NCBI GenBank assembly: GCA_003693705.1
Contig: RBZT01000495.1
Location: 1-38,005, forward strand
From: Polymyxa betae A26-41
Taxonomy: Eukaryota > Protista > Endomyxa: Phytomyxea
Direction of reading: 5' to 3'
Length of the DNA stretch: 38,005 bases
In this document: in pieces, positions 1-11,570 of the stretch
How the letters are laid out: every line of letters starts with the position of its first letter
Position numbering within the stretch: position 1 is the first letter of the stretch
Program-made: the position numbers and the translations under genes
The notes under the pieces: generated by a model
What the model was told of the DNA's origin: nothing
Database searches by the model: none
Seen by the model: the letters and a program-made list of their open reading frames with translations, nothing else

Positions 1-251
1 TCATAACCGATTGATTTGGCTGCGTCCCGGACGATTTGCTCCAGATTCAACTTGGCGGTCGTGGAGATCTCACCGAAGATCATAATCATGTTGGTCTTGG
101 TGGCTGTCTCACAAGCAACCTTGCCATTGGGGTCGGCAGTGAGGATTGCGTCTAGGACGCTGTCGGAGACACGGTCGGCAAGCTTATCAGGGTGCCCTTC
201 ATTGACACTCTCCGAGGTGAAAAGATAGGTCTTCTTAGTAGCAGCAGTCAT
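1..251 (-). CDS. MAT: S-adenosylmethionine synthetase (methionine adenosyltransferase), 5' part; runs off window start
   Basis: Minus-strand translation from ATG 251: [67 protein letters not shown]... contains the FTSESVxEGHPDK and VACET signatures. Confidence 0.97.
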   Translation of the reverse strand, partial: MTAATKKTYLFTSESVNEGHPDKLADRVSDSVLDAILTADPNGKVACETATKTNMIMIFGEISTTAKLNLEQIVRDAAKSIGY

Positions 252-1123
252 GGTAAAGTGATCGTGAGTACCGAAGTGATGTTGAGGTAAATCCGCCAAA
301 TGCCCAATGGATGGGCGTGGGCGTTTAGACTCCGCCGTCCACCTCTACAGTCATCCTTTTGCTATAGCGGAATTTGCACTTAATTTGGAAGATCAGCGCG
401 ACCTCCAGAGAACCGAGCAAACTTCTGTTATCTGGATGGCAGAGGCCTGTTGTCACCTTGTCATCTTCTGTAGTTTGGCATCTTTCCAGAAAACCAATTT
501 ATAATCATATCATACTATATAACAGTTCCGTCTTCTATTTTGTGATCGACCGAAGTATACTTCTGTGCAGGCCGAGCTACCGTAGGCCTTTCGCAGCCCT
601 TGGCTCAGATGCTACGAATTCAAAATGCTTATGATTTGAGATGTGATACGCTTTCCGATTGTTGCATTCGCATCCTCATGTCGCATACTCAGTAGATAGA
701 TGCATTAATGCATTGAATTGCTACTAACGGTACGATTCTGTGCTGCATCCTGTTTGTGGTCTTACAATAATCCATTGAAAGAAACTGTGCTCTATCAAGA
801 ATGAATTGATATCACAGAAGGAGCTTATATAGCTAAGAGGGTTTTGAGATCGCCCTAACACGGTCGTACAGGAGGTTGAAGAGATCAAGGAGTGGAATAT
901 GCATTGAGTGACATATTTCCATTTCTTGCACGATGCTTTTACTACACTGTTTTCGATAAACCGATCGGTTTCAGCAAAGGGCTTGTTTCAGTATTCACCA
1001 TACTTTATTGACCGTTCTGCTGCCGACCTCCGAGCCATAACATCAAGCTCTCTCTGTTATCACCTACTATCGAATATGATTCATTCCACATCATCACTGC
1101 GATTCGACGACAACTCTTTCAGT

Positions 1124-1522
1124 ATGGTGATTCTCCAAGACTTACGTAAGGCGATGCTTAGAACATCTGGAATGGATTGTGAGCTCTTCAGCCGTTTACA
1201 CTTTTTTATGGGGTTTCGTCTCAATTGCTATAGCTACGACGGCTTTGTTCAAACGGGTAACCGTCTATTTTGGCCTTCCTATCGTGATAATATTTGGAAT
1301 GTATAATGTGGCACAAGAAATGGAAGAACATTCACATTCCCATTTCGTTAAGCCCAATCGAACGTATGGACATTTAAATCATCAGGCTATTCGAGCTAAC
1401 CTTCCGGCGTCAGATACCTAAATGTTCGGAAGAAGCCTTTCCCTTGGAAAAACGGCGCTCAGTGCTCCTTGCTGGATTTGGAGTGTCATAAGCGTGCAAA
1501 TCAAGCCGAATCGAAATCTTAA
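1124..1522 (+). CDS. COX6A: Cytochrome c oxidase subunit 6A-like (2 introns, ~1179-1232 and ~1364-1414)
   Basis: Spliced product MVILQDLRKAMLRTSGMDSTTALFKRVTVYFGLPIVIIFGMYNVAQEMEEHSHSHFVKPNRTYLNVRKKPFPWKNGAQCSLLDLECHK...: one TM helix, His-rich linker, YLxxRxKPFPW motif. Confidence 0.8.
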
Positions 1523-2092
1523 CATTAATAAGGACGAAATACAGCAATTACGTCTGGCGATAGTCTCGTCGATGTAACTACCAATTGTTGACTATCTTAC
1601 CGTGATTTACTGTGTTTAAGAACAGCATCGCATCGGTGTGATTCTCGATATTCTCAAGATTACGATTTATATAGGACCTTAATTGTAGGATGCGAAATCT
1701 CTTATCCTTTTTTAAACAACGAAGCACCATCGACTGTGGCTTGACGGTAGATCAACGAAACCTAAAAGTTAAAGCATATATATCGGTTTCAGAAGCTTGG
1801 CTTTCGAGCCCAACAACTAAACGAGCTGCAAATATCTGCCAGTATGATAGATTTATCCTCGCAAATGGTCTCTGCAAAATCACAAGTGCCATTTGAGTGT
1901 GTAACGTGCCGCTGAGTCAAAAATATCGAAATGGCGCGTAGTTTAACCGCCATTTGCGAGCTGCGATCGATTCGTGGCGCAATTAGAGCTCATCAGTACT
2001 GCTTGAGGTGTGATCATTACGGGTACTGGGCCGACCTCAGCGTTAGCAGCCATGGTCAGGCGTTGGTAAACGTCGCTGAGCAGTCCCTTACA

Positions 2093-2711
2093 ATGGCTCA
2101 GGCGAATGAGAACTTGCCGCCGGCCGTCATCTCGAACCTCATGCGGGAGCTGCAATCGCTGGCGAAATTTGCAGGCGTATCCGGAATCTCTGTTCGCCTT
2201 CCTGATGATCGACTGACGACAATTCATGCCGAGATTCACGGTCCTGAAGAGACACCATATTTCGGTGGCGTATTCCACTGTAAATTAGTCCTTGGTGCCG
2301 ATTATCCAACTCAACCACCGAAAGGTATTTCGATTTCAGCAAATTCGTGTCTTTTACAGAATAGTTTTTTCAGCTGTATTCGCGACGAAGATTTTTCATC
2401 CAAATGTGAACTCCGACGGAATGATCTGTGTCAGCGCGTTGAAGAAAGATTGGCAGCCAACACAAGGACTCAGGCATACATTGGCTGTCATACGTTGCTT
2501 ACTGATTCAGCCAAATCCAGAGTCAGCATTGAACGAAGAAGCTGGGCGAATGCTCCTTGAAGACTACGACGAATATGCTTCTCGTGCTCGGCTCTTTACA
2601 AAAATCTATGCCGCGCCTAAACCTGCCAACGATGGCTCAAAGGTTGCAACAGCAGTGATATTGGAGCCTGGGCTGCAGAAGAAGCAGAAAAGAAGCATAA
2701 AGCGCCTGTGA
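2093..2711 (+). CDS. UBE2S: Ubiquitin-conjugating enzyme E2 S-like (1 intron, ~2325-2373)
   Basis: ENLPPAVI..., [18 protein letters not shown], active-site [32 protein letters not shown] and the basic C-terminus KRSIKRL are typical of UBE2S. Confidence 0.92.
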
Positions 2712-2727
2712 AATTGTTTATAGTTTA

Positions 2728-4220
2728 ATTATATATTTGTATATCCATGTTTCTGTATTGAAAGATCTTGTACTACACCTCCGAATCGGTTGTCGACTTC
2801 GAATCGCTTGATTCTTTTCGTTTTTTTGAACAATGTCCCGATTCGTTGGGGAGCAACGAAAAAGAAAGCGAACCGCAACAGGAACATGCAGATATAGAAA
2901 ATGCTGTAATCACGATGTCTGCTTGCATCTTGAGAGCATTTCCGTCACTAACCGAATAGCACTTGAAACGTGCTCATCGATGACGTGTTCTGATTGTGCA
3001 TACTCCCTAAGAGCGTTGTGACCAGGACCAACCGTGCAAGTTTAAATCTTGTACCTGCACGCCACAGAAAATGCTTCCACAGAAAATTTCAATGGCATGT
3101 GAGGGAGGACAGCATTGAGGATCTGTCTGCGAATCTGCAAGTTCGGGTATTTGATAAGCGAGGCTAATACAGAACGTGCTAACTCAAGCTGATTAACTGG
3201 AGGATTTTGAATACGTAGAAACGCTTCTAGTTCAATCGCAAATTTTTCAGGTTGAACAATGAACTCTGGAAATGCCATCAGTGATATAAGACGCCGAAAA
3301 CGAGATAAGACTCACCCGAACTCTTTCTTCTGGCCTTTGAAAACAATCTGCCACCGAATCCAAGGTTCTGATCTTCAACGAGCCCAATAAATGACAGTAA
3401 CTCATATGAAGGCGAACGTAGCAAACCACGCTGAGAAACGATCTGTCTTTCAAAGATTCAGGATCGACATTTGAGCCATTATAGAGCTTGGCTAACCTGA
3501 CTGCTGTTATATTCCAGATATAGAGTAGATTAAGCAGCATGTAATCACATTGAGGTAATAGTTGATAGAGACCAGCACTCCATAGAACTTCATCAGAGCA
3601 TCGCTTCTGCATGCCTAATAAGGTTGTGTGTATGATGTTGCAGGATTGTTGGAGCAGTGCTGGAATCCAATGTGAGCAGTAAGGAAGCTGCACCGGCTGG
3701 TTGTTGATGATCGCGGCGTCTTCTGGTCGGGCACAAACTTCAAACCGCAGCGAAATGTCGTTCGCGAGGTCCTGAGATATTGGCAATAATACATTGACAA
3801 GAACAGAGCGAGACAACGGCGACAGCGCTGAGACGATATCTAAGACAGCATCGTCTACGATGAACCTGAGCTATTTTCAAGGATATGAAAGACAGCCTTA
3901 CGAGGAAGATCGGCAATTGAGGATAGAAATCGGTCAGATTCTGAACATAGATGAACGACAGCATCTAAGCAGAGAGCGAGCCCTTTCTTGTTGTTATCAT
4001 TTCCATCAGCATCGAGATCGGAATAGATGCATCTGGCTTTTTCCATTAATCTCGTCCAAACATTCTACCGACATTCAGAGACGGTCCTGTACAGGAAGGA
4101 GCTCGATACCTTGCGGAACACCAGCCAGTATGAGAGGACATTGCTCAGTTCCTGTATACGACCTTGATCGACAGAAGCGGCGTCGGCTAGAACTAGCAGA
4201 GCGTGCAATCGACTTCCCAT
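2728..4220 (-). CDS. Multi-exon hypothetical protein (likely alpha-helical); both ends uncertain
   Basis: Minus-strand ORF pieces 3855-4046, 3247-3816 and 3042-3278 can be joined by short GT-AG introns into one reading frame (MGSRLHALLVLADAASVDQGRIQELSNVLSYWLVFRK|NVWTRLMEK...). No family recognised. Confidence 0.6.
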
Positions 4221-4481
4221 CTATCCACCATATTAATCTGCGCCAAAGTGTTGCGACTATGCGCCGTCCTTCAAGCCTTCAGATTGCGGTGAAACCGACA
4301 CAATCTAATCGATATCTGCAATAGAAATATCCTTCCTTGAACTGTTATGCAAATTGGTGAGATTCGTGTTTTGTAGAAATGAAACGATTTGTGAATGAAG
4401 ATTGCTGATTCCATAATATCATTTCTCTTTATAACGAGAATAAGCTCGCAATAATCAGCGGACCTTTGGTCATTGGCGATC

Positions 4482-7400
4482 ATGGTCGATCTAGATGATG
4501 ATGACAGGATGCTGGTTGACGATCTTGTCGCCGATCAGGATGCCCCCGCAGCTGTCAACAATGCAGGTCGAAGCCGAATACTCCGGTTTCTTTTTTATGC
4601 TTGGAATTGGCATCCAGCAAGTTCAGCCATTCATTATTTTAGATGTTGCTCTCTATTGTTCAGTTCCATGAAAATTCATTCGAGCTGTAGACATCGGATC
4701 AGGATTTCGTGACTTCTCCTCAATGCCTTTGAAACCTGACCATGGGAATCGCCCGGTCTGGGTTATGCCGAATGGCCGAATATTGCTGGAGACGTTTTCT
4801 CCTATCTACAAACAAGCCTACGATTTTCTTATTGGCATTGCTGAACCTCTTACAAGGTGAAAGCTTCGACCTAAAGTGATGCTGAAATTTGTTGATCGGT
4901 TGCTTCAGACCTCACTTTATTCACGAGTATAAAATCACCAATTTATCTTTGTATGCTGCTGCTTCTGTTGGTCTTCGGTAAGCGCTATGCAGAGAATCCT
5001 TCTGCGGTCTAAAATTCGTTTAAAGGACATCCGATATTCTCACTGGATTGCGCCGGTTATCCAAAACCGAATTACCGCCTGAAATCGTTTCGTTTATCGA
5101 AAGCCGTACTGAACGCTGCGGGAAAGTTCGCCTGGTTTTAAACAAAAACAGGTCATCGTGCTCTTTGATTTCCGTTTATGGCTTTAAAACTCGACAGATA
5201 TTTTGTCGAATCGATTTATGCATCAACACTGCAAAGCCTTTTACGAGTCCCTACGATTGCAGCTGCTCGAATCGATCAGTTTGATTCGTCGTTTCTCGAT
5301 CGAGATTCTGCCACTGGCTTCATTGTATCATCGGGGCCAGATAAAGATGCTTTGCATCTACCTGGGACCCAAGCTGATAGCCGTATCGATCAATCTCGAG
5401 CGATGGGACTTGTCACGGAAGAGGACGGGATTGACGACCAAGTCACCGCAAACTCGAACCCGACCGTGTTATCGTTCGAGATCGACCCGAAATCTGTTGA
5501 AGATGTCAGGCGTGAATGCATCCGTATCGAATTTCCAATGCTTGAAGAATACGAATTTAGGAAAGGTGTGTAACAGATTTTTTTTGTTTCAAAGTGCTTC
5601 ATAAACTCTAAATAATGGCTGCTGTAGACGATACAACTCCCAACCTGCCTATTTCTTTGAAGCCTTCAGCCCAGATTCGATCATATCAGGAGAAATCGCT
5701 GTCAAAAATGTTCGGAAACGGCCGTGCTCGCTCCGGAATCATCGTTCTGCCCTGTGGTGCTGGGAAAACCCTTGTTGGCATCACAGCAACGTGCACCGTT
5801 CGTAAGAGCACACTTGTATTCTGTAATACTGGTGTTTCGGTCGATCAATGGAAAAGACAGTATCTACATTGGGCCAATATCCCAAGGTAACAAACGACCA
5901 CCTGTTCTGCCGTTTCGTTAAACGTGTTTTACAGGAAGAACATTTCGGTTTTTACTTCGACCACCAAGGACAACATTGTCGAGGATGAAGCTGCCCTCGT
6001 CATTACCACCTATAACATGATCGCGTTCTCCGGCCAGCGATCTGCTCAAGCTCAGAAAATCCTCGAACAGATTCGAACTCGAGAATGGGGCCTCGTCATT
6101 CTGGATGAGGTCGAGTCTCAGCTCCATTCAAGTTCGCTGCTTTAATTTGTCATCTCAGGTGCATGTGGCTCCAGCCCGAACATTCCGAATGTGTGTCTCA
6201 ATGACACATTCGCGTTGCAAATTAGGCCTAACTGCTACTTTGCTTCGAGAGGACGATCTGATTGATCATTTATCGTTTTTGATCGGGCCGAAACTTTACG
6301 AAGCTAACTGGCTACAGCTACAGCTGCAAGGCTACCTCGCCACAGTCCAGTGTGTCGAAATACGCTGCCCGATGACTGCTGAATTTTACGCTGAGGTTTG
6401 GCGTATAGGGTTGATCATAGCGCCTTCTGATCGCTTATGTTTAGTATCTGACCGCTGATGCCCATAAGCAACGATTGTTATGTATGTAAAGCGTTCTGTT
6501 CATTAATCGGCTAATGATTTCTTCGTCAGATGTTATGAATCCAAACAAATTCAGAGCTTGTCAGTATTTGATCAATTGGCACGAGGCACGAGGCGACAAG
6601 ATCCTCGTTTTCAGCGATAATATTTTCTCCCTGGAGAAATATGCCAAAGATTTGAAGCGGCCGCTTATTCACGGCAAGACCAAGGTCTTAATTACATTGG
6701 CCTTTCCCTTTCGGTTCTGACACTATTGCTAGGACCAAGAGCGACTCGACTTTTTAAAGCACATTCAGACGGATGAAAATCTGAACACATTGTTTATTTC
6801 GAAAGTTGGAGATACTTCAATTGATTTACCCGACGTCAATGTTATCATTCAAATCTCATCCCATTTCGCATCTCGCAGACAGGAAGCTCAGCGATTAGGT
6901 TTTTCCATGATCGTTTGTTCGATATTGTTTCTGATTTTGGGTTAGGCCGTATTTTACGTCCTAAGGCTACTACTTCTTCAAGGTTCAATGCTTATTTTTA
7001 TACTCTTGTCTCAGAGGATACCAAAGTACGTCCACCCAACGTCTATCTTCTCAGTGGTGTTATTTAGCAATTTTCCAGGAAATGCTTTATGCCACCAAGC
7101 GACAAACTTTTTTAATCGATCAAGGATACAGCTTCAAGGTGTAAACGATCATTTGATTTATAGCGCCTCTCAATAGTGTCAAAGGTCGTAACTGATTTAG
7201 TCAGTGCTGCTGCTGATCAGGATGGGTCTTTACTGTTTGGCACGAAGGAATCGCAGCTGGAATTATTAAGCCAGGTACTGCTTGCAAAGCAGATTCTTCT
7301 TGTTGTAAACTTGTGCAGGTCATGGCTTCTGACCGCTTGTCAGCCGAACTCGAAGAACTCGCCGATCAAGATGGCGATCAGTGTTTCACCGAGTTCAGGC

Positions 7401-7687
7401 AAGAGCAAATCAACGCACGGCGCAAAAAAGGACAGATTTCTGCCATGGCTGGAGCGAACGCCGCTTCCTACGAAGAGGTTGGTCTCGTCATTATTTGTCT
7501 GTTTGCAAAATTCAGTGAAATTTTTTAGATCTCGAGAAAACCGGCTGCTGCTGCTGCTGCTACATCGAAACTTGCAGAGCTTAGAAGAAAGGAAAAAGCC
7601 GATGCTAAACGTCGGAAGGCTGCTGATGAGCGAAGACGTAAAGAAGTGGAGGAACTTCGTGCCGACGAAGGTGGCAATGTAAAATGA
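4482..7687 (+). CDS. ERCC3: TFIIH XPB helicase/translocase subunit (~15 introns)
   Basis: Motifs [47 protein letters not shown] (Walker A), [65 protein letters not shown]. Confidence 0.97.
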
Positions 7688-7773
7688 AACAATATTTATG
7701 CCCAGGTTTCTTTATTTGGTTCGAAATCGTGTGGTGTTGTGGTTGAGACCAGGCAAGCTGATTCTGTTCCGGG

Positions 7774-8784
7774 TTACTTTGTGGCAGGTGGTAATCGGTG
7801 CTGCTTTGCTTTGGCAGACATTGGCTGAAGCGGACGCGGAGGTGGACGTTTTTGCTGATCGTCTTGCTTCAGATTCGGTACATCGTATTGTTTGCACATT
7901 GCTTTGACATAGTCGATACAACTGTCACCAGAGGGATCCATCTTCATCTCATGAGCTTCAGGTACAGTCGCTGGATACGGTTCCAGACCAGGCGGTGGAC
8001 CACTTCTTCGATAAGGCTGTCGTTTGTTCAATTGATGTCGAGACGGGTTCAGTAAGCTTCGATTACGAATTTGGCGACCTCGCTTGTAGGTTGAAGGATG
8101 GTTTCGTGCTGGATTTGTTATACGGCTATTCCCGCTCTGATAATCACTTTGCATGAAATGTTGGCTGGCTGCATCAGGGGCAGGAATTGGCATCTCAAAC
8201 GGGTCTGCATCTATGTCGAGCCCCTGCGAGCGATAGAAAGCACGATTCCGAACGGGGCTCACACCGTATTCATCCATCTCTTCCGTGATATTGTTCTCTT
8301 CTGTACCGCTCTGGGTCGCATTCGTTCGCGTCTCAAAGCTTGTTGAACTGCTTTCTTGGCTCACATCACTGCTAACCTCCCAGCAGCTGGAATCCTGCAC
8401 TGGCTGCGGAAACATTGTTGTCGTCTTCTTACAGATTGTATCTTGCATCGAATAGATGCGTCGGTCAATCCGGCCTAATCGAGTTTCGAGAGTTTCTTGC
8501 CGCGCTTGCGTAGCTGATATCATCCGCTGACATTGTTGTTCGCCCAGCTCGAAACGTTCGCGCAGTTCGTCGATTTGGAGTTCTATCTGGTGCCTTTCGG
8601 CGTCTTGAGCAGCAATGAGCACAGCTAGATCATCAATTCTCGCAGCGATTTCATCGCATCGATTCTTAAGAACAAGGTAATGACCGTTTCCGATGGTCCC
8701 AGCCTCTATGCAGACCGCTTTCTTGATAACGTCCTCCAACTCGGCGTCGTCGTCGTTCTTAACCTGTTCTTCGATTGCGCTCAT
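7774..8784 (-). CDS. Hypothetical protein with N-terminal coiled coil and low-complexity Pro/Arg/Ser-rich C-terminal half
   Basis: Uninterrupted ORF of ~336 aa from ATG (MSAIEEQVK...), with a heptad-like region (IDDLAVLIAAQDAERHQIELQIDELRERF). Confidence 0.65.
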   Translation of the reverse strand: MSAIEEQVKNDDDAELEDVIKKAVCIEAGTIGNGHYLVLKNRCDEIAARIDDLAVLIAAQDAERHQIELQIDELRERFELGEQQCQRMISATQARQETLETRLGRIDRRIYSMQDTICKKTTTMFPQPVQDSSCWEVSSDVSQESSSTSFETRTNATQSGTEENNITEEMDEYGVSPVRNRAFYRSQGLDIDADPFEMPIPAPDAASQHFMQSDYQSGNSRITNPARNHPSTYKRGRQIRNRSLLNPSRHQLNKRQPYRRSGPPPGLEPYPATVPEAHEMKMDPSGDSCIDYVKAMCKQYDVPNLKQDDQQKRPPPRPLQPMSAKAKQHRLPPATK

Positions 8785-8953
8785 TGAATTGCTGACGATC
8801 GTGACGAGATGCAATTGAGCTCATGTTCGAGTGTCGGCAAACAACTCGTCAGCGACTGTCAGCGAGATATTCTGCACCTGGGCGTCTGTTGATAGACTCG
8901 CATACCAGAGCAATCAAGCGCAGCAGATCTATCATAATTTATCCAAGCGATAA

Positions 8954-8991
8954 ATGTTGGAGTCGCTGTTCGTCTGCAGAGACTCCAACAT
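8954..8991. repeat. 11-bp perfect inverted repeat (hairpin)
   Basis: ATGTTGGAGTC (8954-8964) is the exact reverse complement of GACTCCAACAT (8981-8991). Confidence 0.85.
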
Positions 8992-9099
8992 CAATATGAA
9001 GGGCCAAATACGTNNNNNNNNNNNNNNNNNNNNNNNNNNNNNNNNNNNNNNNNNNNNNNNNNNNNNNNNNNNNNNNACGTATTTGGCCCTTCATATTGA
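8991..9099. repeat. 23-bp perfect inverted repeat flanking the assembly gap (collapsed palindrome or TIR element)
   Basis: TCAATATGAAGGGCCAAATACGT (8991-9013), then 63 N (9014-9076), then ACGTATTTGGCCCTTCATATTGA (9077-9099). Confidence 0.9.
9014..9076. other. Assembly gap (63 N)
   Basis: Run of N. Confidence 1.
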
Positions 9100-9167
9100 C
9101 CATGACCTAGACGGCTAAACCTTATTGGATGTGGTCTCAGCCATGGCCGAGCTCATAATCAAACGGA

Positions 9168-9608
9168 ATGCCGACAATGGTGTCGAGCTTGCTCGTCGTC
9201 GTGATGCTGCTATGGAAGCCGGTGAAACCAGCGTCAACCCAGGATGATGATGATGTGCCAATAAAGGAAGTGGAAAAGTCATCGTCGTGTGATATTTTCG
9301 AAGCTGCGCGTTTGTGTTTTGCTGTATTGGATGGCCATCGGCCAGGGTATTCGTTCTCGTGTCATGACTGTCATAATTGGGGGCTGGCCAGGTTCCACAT
9401 TGTGTTTGATTCATGGAAGGATAGTCCACCCAAGGCCCACTGTCTGCTTCTCGGTGCAAACTGTCAATCATCAACACTTCCGGTGCAACTGGTACCATCA
9501 CCATCTGATTCCAACAGATTTATCACTTTACCAAATCTTTCACTCATGCTGATATTTGCCAAGAAATTTGCCATCGAATTTCGCATCGTAACGACCATTA
9601 ATTTGTAG
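9168..9608 (+). CDS. Small Cys-containing protein with putative signal peptide (candidate secreted effector)
   Basis: 146-aa intronless ORF; hydrophobic N-terminus MVSSLLVVVMLLWKPVKPA followed by acidic STQDDDD; six Cys. Confidence 0.5.
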   Translation: MPTMVSSLLVVVMLLWKPVKPASTQDDDDVPIKEVEKSSSCDIFEAARLCFAVLDGHRPGYSFSCHDCHNWGLARFHIVFDSWKDSPPKAHCLLLGANCQSSTLPVQLVPSPSDSNRFITLPNLSLMLIFAKKFAIEFRIVTTINL

Positions 9609-10484
9609 CCTTTGACTTGCTTATCAATTGGATTAGGTCTTGCAACTACTCCCCACGAGACATAAGTTCGTCGTAAATCGAGTTGAGCTTCGCCTCGCTG
9701 ACGATGCTGAAGATGAAGCAAGTCATTCGTCTTTGCCTTCTCAACGCCCCCCATACCGTTCCAAAAGCCTATAAGTCAACATATGATTGAATCCCAGCAA
9801 ATGTTGCACATCGTGAACTCTTTCTCTGCTATTCTGCCAGTTATTCTCTAGGGTCATTGCTTCGCCAATTTTGAACAAATCATCTTCACCATCTGGTAGC
9901 ATTACTACCATAGATTCATTTATACAATACGCTGTTTAAGTTATTATTACCATGGCGATATGAACATGTAAGTTTGGCATAGGTTTCAAAATAACCAATT
10001 TGATGCTTCACGAATCAAGATACTGAACATTGTTTTCGGGAACGATGAAAGTGCGTTTTTTGTACACTTCATGAAGCCAACAAAACTACAGGTTCTGAAC
10101 TTCTCTTACCTTCTGTAAGTTCTATCATCGGTATTCAGGATTCAATAATATAGGCCGTCTACTCTTACAGGGTTCTGCCCATGCAACTTCTCTGAACATA
10201 AGTTCATAATAAATTGGTTTGGTGATGGATCGATCGAAACAACAATCTCTGGACTATCCCTGATTCATTGGGTTCTTCGAGTTCTGATTGCTGAATTCTC
10301 TCCTCATCAAAATTCTAGCTGATATTTTCTATATCGAATTGTATTTGCATTATTTTGCTGATTGGGATCTCGTTGACCAATCTTCTAGAAGTATTTAGCC
10401 GAACTCCTCAGTTCCTTTTCAAAGTAGTGCGAGAGCTATAACTGAAAACGTTGCCTCTCTTCGTTCTAATCACGCTTTATATCA

Positions 10485-11008
10485 ATGATTCGTCAGCGTC
10501 GTCTCAGTCAAATTGGCAATGAAGCGGCTCCATTGATAGCGACCGAGCGCAAGACGACGCCGGTTCGACCATGGCCGATGGTTTTAATCTACCTACATGC
10601 GCTTGCATGGATCGGTGCGGCCGCTTTCATCATCCACTACGGCGAGGTCTTCGATGTAATGGCAAACGACAAACGAGTTATCAGGTTGTCCAAACGTTTA
10701 GTTCTATGATGAGATCGCTTACGGTTTCATACAGGCCCGCGTTCTATCTAGGAATTGCCTGCTCAGCGTCGTTAGCGGTTGTCATACTCTATATAGCGTT
10801 TTATGCGCCGATTCTCGAGAAAATCTCTATTGATGAGATTACTGAACAGCGCCCGGTCGCTGTTTACACAGGGATAATGTCAGGCTTTGGAACTTGGCTC
10901 TGCTTTATTCTGGCATTCTGGCCTATCTGGGGAGTAATAACTCCAATTATTGTCTCTGTCATCGCAATGGCTTTCCTATCATCAACTCATTTTCTGCCGT
11001 CTTTTTAG
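10485..11008 (+). CDS. TMEM128-like four-TM membrane protein (1 intron, ~10685-10733)
   Basis: Spliced product ...HALAWIGAAAFIIHYGEVF...R|PAFYLGIAC...LCFILAFWPIWGVITPIIV...; TM spacing and the W..W...TP motif resemble TMEM128. Confidence 0.7.
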
Positions 11009-11397
11009 ATGCTATCAGTAAATATATCTGTACTTTATTTGTTCAGTTATTCTTTCAGTTTAACACTTGATCTTGCACTCAATGTAAAGCTGTTTGTTTT
11101 TAACACAGCAAACGGAGCATGCGGAAACAGCCCTGAAACAATGTAAAGTAGTATGAAGATATGCATTTTGCTGGGCAAAAATTTCGTCCATTGTTATACA
11201 TGGTGATTTCCTTTGCAGATTCATTCCGTGAAACTTGAACATTAGAATCTGATACAATACCAAAAAATTTAGGCTCATTTTTATTGTGAGATTTAGTAGC
11301 GTCAAGATTTTCTTGTCGCTTGCCAGTACACTTGGAAATGTCGGGTTTAGTCAAATATACCAGTCAACAAAAGCAGAAAAGAAACTTGACTAAACTC

Positions 11398-11476
11398 GGG
11401 CGCAGTTTTTGCTTTTATAGTGCGCAGTTTTGGCTTTATCTGGCGCAGTTTTTATGGCGCGAGTTTGTTTTCTAGA
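11398..11476. repeat. Short degenerate tandem repeat of GCGCAGTTTT (3 copies plus one variant)
   Basis: ggcgcagttttt...tgcgcagtttt...ggcgcagttttt...ggcgcgagtttg within ~80 bp. Confidence 0.7.
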
Positions 11477-11570
11477 CTGGTGTTAAGCAGACCCATCGCT
11501 AAATTGTGTGTGTACCTCGAGAGGTTCTCGAGACTGCACGAGGCTTCAAGCTTACCATTGAAGGTCATCG

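Noticed and set aside
16-228. Plus-strand 70-aa ORF
   Set aside because: Antisense shadow of the SAM synthetase CDS.
1929-1956. Short inverted repeat AAATGGCG...CGCCATTT and an in-frame upstream ATG extending UBE2S
   Set aside because: An 8-bp stem is plausibly chance or a promoter motif. UBE2S homology begins at MAQANENL (2093), so the extension is unsupported.
3794-4324. 176-aa plus-strand ORF
   Set aside because: Overlaps the spliced minus-strand gene whose introns have correct GT-AG polarity; likely a shadow ORF.
9610-10380. Purine-biased minus-strand tract with short ORFs
   Set aside because: No continuous frame or recognisable motif, so I cannot support a gene or TE call.
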